IMG/VR virus record: IMGVR_UViG_2802429224_000017
Coordinates: 1-12,983 of that record
Strand: one strand, 5' to 3'
DNA from: a virus
Lineage: Duplodnaviria; Heunggongvirae; Uroviricota; Caudoviricetes
Length of the DNA: 12,983 nucleotides
In this document: piece by piece, positions 7,339 through 12,983 of the stretch
How the letters are laid out: every line of letters begins with the position of its first letter
Numbering within the stretch: the stretch's first letter is position 1
Program-made: the position numbers and the translations under genes
Notes under the pieces: generated by a model
What the model saw: only the letters and a program-made list of their open reading frames with translations
What the model was told of the DNA's origin: nothing
Database searches by the model: none

Positions 7339-7887
7339 ATGAAGACACTAAAAGCAACTCCAGAAACAACTAATTTTATCAACTGCGGCTGTGTTACGCT
7401 TAAGGGCTTAGAACTTGATTCCTTTGCATTAAATATTGCAAATTTGCTAAGTGCTGTACGCACATTCCATCTTCTGGATTGTGCTCGCTCAAAGGAACTG
7501 GGCATTGAGGTAATGGAATTTATCCATGAATATGCTCTATCTGCTGCTTCTCCTGCACAACAAAAACAATCCTTCCCTGAAAGCTGGCTGGTTAACCTTC
7601 GCACCCAACGCGAAGCCTGCGGCTTAACAACCGCCGAACTCGCCAGGCTGCTCGCTCTTGATGAAGAAATCATCATCCAGTGGGAGAGCGGAGAGTATGA
7701 ACCAACCATCAGTATGCTTATCCCACTGGCAAATATTCTTGGCTGCGATCCGATGTGGCTGTTAACTGGTGAGGTTACTCCTCCGGAGCAACCAAAAAGT
7801 GAGGAGCAGCAACACCATGACGCATCTCAACAAGTTTGCTCCTTATCTCGCGAAGCTCTTCTACGGAAGAACCAATACCAATGGTGA
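7339..7887 (+). CDS. Two-domain protein: unknown N-terminal domain plus C-terminal XRE-family HTH (182 aa)
   Basis: C-terminal LTTAELARLLALDEEIIIQWESGEYEPTISMLIPLANILGCDPMWLL is an XRE-type HTH; N-terminal roughly 90 aa share a domain with the next gene; first gene after the pL-like promoter; GGTGGA upstream of ATG 7339. The C-terminal 37 codons overlap a minus-strand ORF with a good SD. Confidence 0.55.
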   Translation: MKTLKATPETTNFINCGCVTLKGLELDSFALNIANLLSAVRTFHLLDCARSKELGIEVMEFIHEYALSAASPAQQKQSFPESWLVNLRTQREACGLTTAELARLLALDEEIIIQWESGEYEPTISMLIPLANILGCDPMWLLTGEVTPPEQPKSEEQQHHDASQQVCSLSREALLRKNQYQW

Positions 7888-8015
7888 CATAATCGCCGCT
7901 TCGCCCCTCAAGGTACATGCGAACATTTTTATCAATCATTGCGGAAACAGTCTCAATATGAAAACACTTCTGAGACTCGCTATATAGCAGAACATATAAG
8001 TCAGCTGAGGAAGCC

Positions 8016-8381
8016 ATGAAAAAGTTCGAAAACATAACTGTTCTCCATGTTGATGACTTTGATTATACAAACCCGGACCTTCTCCCGGAGGTTGTAAAGG
8101 CAATAGATGTTGCCGATATAGTGATTAGAGGAAAGAGAATTGTCAAAAACAGGCTCGCATGCACTTCAGGAGCAATGACAGAAACAACCTCACAACAAGA
8201 TGATTATGAAGGCATTTGTCCGGAGCCTGATTCATTTGCGGTAAATGTTTATCATTTATTGCATGCAACACAGGTATTACATATGTCCAGTAATCACGAA
8301 ACAAAAGCACTTGGCAGCGAAATTCTGAATTTTGCATGTGAATATGCAAAAGCTGCTGCCGAAAAAGAATTAGCGCAATAA
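8016..8381 (+). CDS. Hypothetical protein (121 aa) whose C-terminal about 50 aa are paralogous to the N-terminal domain of the preceding HTH protein
   Basis: By-eye alignment DSFAVNVYHLLHATQVLHMSSNHETKALGSEILNFACEYAKAAA versus DSFALNIANLLSAVRTFHLLDCARSKELGIEVMEFIHEYALSAA (about 22 of 47 identical); SD GAGGAAG upstream. Confidence 0.55.
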   Translation: MKKFENITVLHVDDFDYTNPDLLPEVVKAIDVADIVIRGKRIVKNRLACTSGAMTETTSQQDDYEGICPEPDSFAVNVYHLLHATQVLHMSSNHETKALGSEILNFACEYAKAAAEKELAQ

Positions 8382-8577
8382 CAATAAATATTCCCTGAAT
8401 GTTTATTACGGTTTTATCGCCGGGGATTGTTGCAACCTTTATTCGCAGGAGATTATGTTATGACTTTCCTGAAACATAAGGCATCGTATAAAACTGCCTG
8501 CCTCATTGCACAACATGGAGATTCTTATCTTCATATAGCCAACCTGTATTTGCGCAAAGCATATGGGAGATAAATAA

Positions 8578-8766
8578 ATGAAAGAAAAACAACAGAATAT
8601 AACACATAAAAAAGTAAGAGTGTTGCTAACCATTGAAAATGGTGAAGTAATTTACTCAAAACATCTGCTGGATAATGAATTCGTTGGCTGCATGGATACA
8701 TTTCTGTGGATGGCAAAAAGAGCTGGCTACACGATTATTCCACCAGCAAAGGAGCAAATATTATGA
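8578..8766 (+). CDS. Hypothetical small protein (62 aa)
   Basis: GGGAGA 7 nt upstream of ATG; stop overlaps the start of the next gene (ATGA), indicating translational coupling. Confidence 0.45.
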   Translation: MKEKQQNITHKKVRVLLTIENGEVIYSKHLLDNEFVGCMDTFLWMAKRAGYTIIPPAKEQIL

Positions 8767-9344
8767 ATCATTCAGAGTTCCGACCAGAAGTAACGCCACA
8801 TGGCATAAAAATTGGTAATACAACCATTGATTATATTCAGGCCGTACAGCGGCTTAATGATGGCGAATTCGATAATCCATACTGGCACGGTTTAAGAATC
8901 ATGCAATGTCTTGCCGAAGCTGATGATGCCGGATTGCTGGGAAGATTTTCAGTCGATCTGAAGGTTGCTCAGTGGCGCTGGCTGTATGTGATGAAGTTTA
9001 TCAGTGAAGAGGAAGACAAGAACGGCACTATTGATATCCCTAACGATAACGGGACGACAGATCGCGCAGTTATTTACAAGGGGAAACATGGTTGCATAAG
9101 TATATACCCAGGACCACTTCGCATTGCCCTGCAAAACCATGTCGAATGGGGATTTATTGAAAAATATGGCGAAACTGAAGGCATGGGGCGAGTTCTGTTT
9201 CTATATCAAAAAATGCTCATTGCAGATCTTGATAATGGTTTCATTCTCTCTGCTATGGGGCGCGAAGGGCTTGAACTCCTTCTGGATAAAATGATTAACG
9301 ACCTGAATACTCATGGTATGCCAGAAGCGCCAGTGACACATTAA
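8763..9344 (+). CDS. Hypothetical protein (193 aa from ATG at 8763)
   Basis: AAGGAG 7-8 nt upstream of ATG 8763 (the track start at 8706 lacks an SD); ORF uninterrupted for 193 codons; no family recognised. Confidence 0.6.
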   Translation: MNHSEFRPEVTPHGIKIGNTTIDYIQAVQRLNDGEFDNPYWHGLRIMQCLAEADDAGLLGRFSVDLKVAQWRWLYVMKFISEEEDKNGTIDIPNDNGTTDRAVIYKGKHGCISIYPGPLRIALQNHVEWGFIEKYGETEGMGRVLFLYQKMLIADLDNGFILSAMGREGLELLLDKMINDLNTHGMPEAPVTH

Positions 9345-9520
9345 ATATTAAGAAGAAAATAACTCTTCCGTTTTTTACTAACCGTTTATATGAAAAGCAA
9401 CCGTGAATTAAACAGAGTAAAACTGATTTTAATCCTTGCCACAGTACTGACACTAACTGAAATCATTATTCTCTTTATTGCGCTGTCAGTCGGTTAAAAA
9501 TATCGGGATACCACAGACCA

Positions 9521-9709
9521 ATGAGACTGTATTTCACAATAGTAATTTTACTGGCAATTATCGCATGCATTTACGGATTACTTGTTCCGTTCCTTATATC
9601 CATGAAGGATACGATAGCAGTTATTTCTGGCTTTGCACTGGCGTTTCTGACCCCGCCCTGCATTTATGCCATTTACAAGGGTCTTTCTTTCACTAAGGAT
9701 AAAAGATGA
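9521..9709 (+). CDS. Small two-helix integral membrane protein (62 aa), translationally coupled to the SPFH lipoprotein gene
   Basis: Two hydrophobic stretches (FTIVILLAIIACIYGLLVPFLI and AVISGFALAFLTPPCIYAIY); stop TGA overlaps the ATG of the downstream gene (ATGA at 9706-9709). Confidence 0.45.
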   Translation: MRLYFTIVILLAIIACIYGLLVPFLISMKDTIAVISGFALAFLTPPCIYAIYKGLSFTKDKR

Positions 9710-10533
9710 AAAAAATCATTTTTGCTTTAGCCATTGTTCTGCCGACTATTGGCCTTGTCGGTTGCGATCGCGTTGAACCAGGTAATGTTGGCATCAAGGT
9801 AAATAAACTGGGCGACGACAAAGGCGTCGGTGAGGTGGTCGGTGTTGGTCGCTACTGGACTGGCTGGAATACTGAAGTTTATATCTTCCCCACCTTCAAA
9901 CAAATGAAGACCTACGATGAACCGTTCAGTTTCCAGATGAGTGACGGTACAACCATCGGCTATCACATTGGCGTAGCCTACAAAGTTGATCCATCCAAAG
10001 TTACCACGGTGTTTCAGACCTACCGCAAAGGCGTGGATGACATTACAGACACCGACCTGCGCCAGAAGATCGCCGACGCACTCAACCGACTGGCCAGCAA
10101 AATGACCACTGACAAATTTATCGACGGCGGCAAGTCTGAGCTGCTGGATGAAGCTCTTAAAGACATTCAGGCAGAGATGACACCTATCGGTATTCAGGTA
10201 ATGAGCCTCTCATATGTGGGTAAGCCGGAGTACCCGCCTACTGTTATCGACAGCATTAATGCCAAAGTCACGGCGAACCAGAAAACACTGCAGCGCGAGC
10301 AGGAAGTTAAACAGCGCGAAGCGGAAGCCAACATGTTGCGCGCGGAAGCTGCCGGACAGGCTGATGCGATTCGCACAAAAGCCCAGGCTGAAGCCGACGC
10401 CATTCGTTTACGCGGTGAAGCTCTGCGCCAGAACCCCGGTGTTATGGAGCTGGAAGCCATCAATAAATGGAACGGCACACTGCCGCAATACATGACCAGC
10501 GGTGCTAATACACCATTTATCCAGGTTAAATAA
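9706..10533 (+). CDS. SPFH/band-7 (stomatin-prohibitin-flotillin-HflKC) domain lipoprotein, predicted inner-membrane anchored (275 aa)
   Basis: Signal peptide with lipobox LVGC (Cys20) followed by Asp at +2; central SPFH-like core and C-terminal Ala/Glu/Arg-rich coiled coil (REQEVKQREAEANMLRAEAAGQADAIRTKAQAEADAIRLRGEALRQ) characteristic of band-7 proteins. Confidence 0.8.
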   Translation: MKKIIFALAIVLPTIGLVGCDRVEPGNVGIKVNKLGDDKGVGEVVGVGRYWTGWNTEVYIFPTFKQMKTYDEPFSFQMSDGTTIGYHIGVAYKVDPSKVTTVFQTYRKGVDDITDTDLRQKIADALNRLASKMTTDKFIDGGKSELLDEALKDIQAEMTPIGIQVMSLSYVGKPEYPPTVIDSINAKVTANQKTLQREQEVKQREAEANMLRAEAAGQADAIRTKAQAEADAIRLRGEALRQNPGVMELEAINKWNGTLPQYMTSGANTPFIQVK

Positions 10534-10573
10534 CTTATATGCCCGGCAGGCCGCCGGGCTAAGGGAAATGCAG

Positions 10574-10945
10574 ATGAACACCCAGAATACTCAACCGCAA
10601 ATAATGAACTATGACCCAAATCTGACGTCATGCGGACGCATGGCAAAACAAACCGTTCGATTAACTTTCGGACTATGGGAATACCGCGAAACATTCGAAG
10701 TCACTGTCGGCGGCAATCTGACCGGACTGGATGTTATCAGTTGCGCTATTGAAAGCCTGTACGCAACGCTACCTTATGAAGAAGTCCAGAATGAGCGCAC
10801 AGGGAGAACGGATATCATGGCTACCATTAATATTGGCGAACTGACATGCCAGGATGAAGACCTGTCCGGAGAGCTCTGGCTTGCCGGGATGCTTATCTCA
10901 GCAGAAATTATCAGTATTGAACCCGCTATAAACATACGGCTCTGA
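10574..10945 (+). CDS. Hypothetical protein (123 aa from ATG at 10574)
   Basis: AAGGGA 7 nt upstream of ATG 10574; the track start at 10502 would overlap the SPFH gene and a GC-rich hairpin; no family recognised. Confidence 0.5.
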   Translation: MNTQNTQPQIMNYDPNLTSCGRMAKQTVRLTFGLWEYRETFEVTVGGNLTGLDVISCAIESLYATLPYEEVQNERTGRTDIMATINIGELTCQDEDLSGELWLAGMLISAEIISIEPAINIRL

Positions 10946-10976
10946 AGTTCTCACTATTCAGAGGGCAGGAGAAAAA

Positions 10977-11219
10977 ATGTTCGCTTTGATTAATCAGGGA
11001 CAACTGTATACCGACAGTGCCGGTTACCCGGTAAAAATTATTCGCTGCATAAATAACACAGTGTTGTACAAAAGAATGGATGGGCGAACACAGTCGGTAA
11101 AAATAAACGATTTTAATGAACTGTTTGAACGACTCGATCACCAGGAATACCGACAAATTCTGGCAGAAACAGAACAGGAAACTCATCTGAAAAAATTACG
11201 GGCTATGAAAAGGAAATAA
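10977..11219 (+). CDS. Hypothetical small protein (80 aa)
   Basis: GGAG-containing SD (GGCAGGAGAAAAAATG) upstream; compact basic/acidic small protein typical of xis-proximal phage genes. Confidence 0.5.
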   Translation: MFALINQGQLYTDSAGYPVKIIRCINNTVLYKRMDGRTQSVKINDFNELFERLDHQEYRQILAETEQETHLKKLRAMKRK

Positions 11220-11222
11220 AGA

Positions 11223-11369
11223 ATGAACAAAGCGTTTGAGCTATGGGTACGCCAGCGTTACGGCAATCGCTATGACCTGACGCGAGATGTTGACGGTTTC
11301 TACTGCCGTGAAATTGTGAAACGAATGTTTGAAGTGTGGTGCCACTGCCGTGGGCTGAGTGTTGTGTGA
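11223..11369 (+). CDS. Hypothetical very small protein (48 aa), below the ORF-track length cutoff
   Basis: Manual translation from ATG 11223: MNKAFELWVRQRYGNRYDLTRDVDGFYCREIVKRMFEVWCHCRGLSVV, stop TGA 11367-11369; AAAGGAAA upstream; fills the gap between the flanking genes on the same strand. Confidence 0.3.
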   Translation: MNKAFELWVRQRYGNRYDLTRDVDGFYCREIVKRMFEVWCHCRGLSVV

Positions 11370-11377
11370 GGTAATGC

Positions 11378-11614
11378 ATGGGCAATGTGATTCAACTGGC
11401 TCCCAATGAATGGGTTTGTGAAAGCGTTCTTATCGCAATTACCGGGCTCAAACCAGGCACAATTCTCCGGGCCCGGAAAGAATGCTGGATGGTAGGAAGA
11501 GAGTATATTCACGTATCGCCTGACGGTAATCCAAAACCTTCCAGCGAATGTATGTATAACAGAAAAGCAATCGATGCCTGGGTCGCTTCAATGAAAAACA
11601 AACAACCCAGGTGA
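11378..11614 (+). CDS. xis: Excisionase-like protein (78 aa)
   Basis: Small protein immediately upstream of the integrase on the same strand; sequence consistent with the enterobacterial prophage excisionase-like family; GAGGT 7 nt upstream of ATG. Confidence 0.65.
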   Translation: MGNVIQLAPNEWVCESVLIAITGLKPGTILRARKECWMVGREYIHVSPDGNPKPSSECMYNRKAIDAWVASMKNKQPR

Positions 11615-11669
11615 TTTAATACCATGAAATATGTAAGCTCGTATCGCTCTTGGGCGTCTGGAGGTATCG

Positions 11670-12983
11670 ATGGATAAAGTCAAATATCCAACAGGCGTCG
11701 AAAACCACGGTGGCACATTACGCATCTGGTTTAATTTTAAAGGTAAACGTGTCAGGGAAAACCTTGGTGTCCCTGACACTGCCAAGAACAGGAAGATCGC
11801 CGGAGAGCTGCGGACATCTGTATGTTTTGCCATTCGTACAGGAAACTTTGATTACGCTGCGCAGTTCCCTGACTCTCCTAACCTCAGGGCTTTTGGGGTA
11901 AATAAAAAAGAAATTACGGTGAAAGAGCTTGAAGAAAAGTGGCTGGATCTGAAACGCATGGAAATCTCTGCAAATGCATTCAATCGCTATGAATCCGTTG
12001 CAAGAACGATGGTTCCGAAAATTGGAGGTAGCAGACTGGTGTCAACGGTGACCAAAGAGGAATTGCTGTATATCAGGAAAGATTTGCTGACCGGATATCA
12101 GAATTCAACGAAAGACAAAGCACCAGCAAGAGGACGGAGCGTCGTTACTGTAAATTATTATATGACGACAATCGCTGGAATGTTTCAGTTTGCTGCAGAT
12201 CACGGTTACTTAGAAGCAAATCCCTTCGAGGGAATTAAGCCTCTTAAAAGAGCCAGGGCAGAGCCAGATCCGCTAACTCGTGACGAATTTATTCGCCTGA
12301 TAGATGCTTGCCGGCATCAGCAGACAAAAAACCTGTGGTCATTGGCTGTGTACACAGGAATGCGTCATGGTGAACTGGTCTCCCTGGCCTGGGAAGATAT
12401 CGATCTGAAAGCAGGAACAATTACTATCAGGCGCAATTATACGAAACTCGGTGAGTTCACTCTACCTAAAACTGAAGCAAGTACAAACAGGGTTGTGCAT
12501 CTTATCCAGCCCGCTATCAGTGTCCTGAAAAATCAGGCTGAAATGACAAGACTGGGTAAGCAGCACCACATCAAGGTTCAACTACGTGAATATGGACGTT
12601 CAGTGAATCATGAATGTACTTTCGTATTTAACCCCCAGGTGGTTAGAAAAAGCAAACAGGTAGGTTTTATCTACAAGGTAGATTCCATTGGCGACTCATG
12701 GGAAACAGCCATTAAACGTGCAGGCATCAGGCATCGAAAGGCATACCAGTCACGACACACTTATGCGTGCTGGTCATTATCTGCCGGAGCAAATCCAAGC
12801 TTCATTGCCAGCCAGATGGGCCATGCAAGTGCCCAGATGGTGTTCAATGTATACGGAGCATGGATGACTGACAGCAATGCAGAACAGATCGCAATGCTGA
12901 ATCAGAAGCTGGCAGATTATGTCCCAATGATGTCCCATAGTCACCAAAGTGACACAAGAGGCCTATTAAAATCAGTGGGTTAG
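11670..12983 (+). CDS. int: Tyrosine-family site-specific integrase (437 aa)
   Basis: C-terminal catalytic region with conserved Arg (GMRHGE), His-x-x-Arg (SRHTYA) and Tyr nucleophile (VYGAW); GGAGGT SD; stop TAG is the last three bases of the window. Confidence 0.9.
   Translation: MDKVKYPTGVENHGGTLRIWFNFKGKRVRENLGVPDTAKNRKIAGELRTSVCFAIRTGNFDYAAQFPDSPNLRAFGVNKKEITVKELEEKWLDLKRMEISANAFNRYESVARTMVPKIGGSRLVSTVTKEELLYIRKDLLTGYQNSTKDKAPARGRSVVTVNYYMTTIAGMFQFAADHGYLEANPFEGIKPLKRARAEPDPLTRDEFIRLIDACRHQQTKNLWSLAVYTGMRHGELVSLAWEDIDLKAGTITIRRNYTKLGEFTLPKTEASTNRVVHLIQPAISVLKNQAEMTRLGKQHHIKVQLREYGRSVNHECTFVFNPQVVRKSKQVGFIYKVDSIGDSWETAIKRAGIRHRKAYQSRHTYACWSLSAGANPSFIASQMGHASAQMVFNVYGAWMTDSNAEQIAMLNQKLADYVPMMSHSHQSDTRGLLKSVG

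Larger units (their letters stand above)
1..12983. mobile_element. Segment of a lambdoid temperate prophage (Q/late-regulation region, replication module, cI/cro immunity region, early-left arm, xis-int)
   Basis: Gene content and order: tyrosine integrase and excisionase at right edge, LexA-like cI divergent from Cro-like gene, Rha, HTH initiator/DnaC-like/DnaB-like, Q-like protein; dense operons with ATGA stop/start overlaps typical of phage genomes. Neither prophage end (att) is inside the window. Confidence 0.85.

Noticed and set aside
7286-7340. Search for an N-type antiterminator and nutL (boxA/boxB) downstream of the pL-like promoter
   Set aside because: No boxA-like CGCTCTTA or boxB hairpin seen, and the first gene is an acidic HTH protein rather than an Arg-rich N-like protein; absence noted, not a feature.
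9478-9696. Alternative-frame 72-aa ORF overlapping the two-helix membrane protein gene
   Set aside because: The 9521-9709 frame gives a coherent two-helix hydrophobic protein that is translationally coupled to the SPFH gene; the alternative frame has no such features.
10194-10694. Minus-strand 166-aa ORF antisense to the SPFH gene 3-prime end, and other antisense ORFs (9727-9966, 10214-10495)
   Set aside because: Shadow ORFs within a gene with clear SPFH and lipoprotein features; Arg/Ser/Ala-rich translations typical of antisense frames of GC-rich coiled-coil coding sequence.

Overview
This 12.98 kb window reads as a contiguous segment of a lambdoid temperate prophage (Enterobacteriaceae-like), identified from the translated ORFs and motifs visible in the sequence; no database search was possible. 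Left to right: a hok/mok-type type I toxin locus (minus strand), a small Q-like antiterminator, a minus-strand replication operon (winged-HTH initiator with internal iteron-like repeats, DnaC-like loader, DnaB-like helicase), unknown genes, a Rha-family regulator and a YdaS/Cro-like gene. These are divergent from a LexA-like cI repressor (plus strand), which is followed by an intrinsic terminator, a near-consensus sigma70 promoter and a plus-strand operon of uncharacterised genes ending in excisionase and a tyrosine integrase at the window edge. The best candidates for undescribed biology are in that cI-to-xis arm: an inner-membrane SPFH (band-7) lipoprotein translationally coupled to a tiny two-helix membrane protein, and two adjacent genes sharing a paralogous domain at the position lambda uses for N. 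No tRNA, rRNA or CRISPR array was found. Many start codons are ambiguous by a few codons, and all functional assignments are inference from sequence only.
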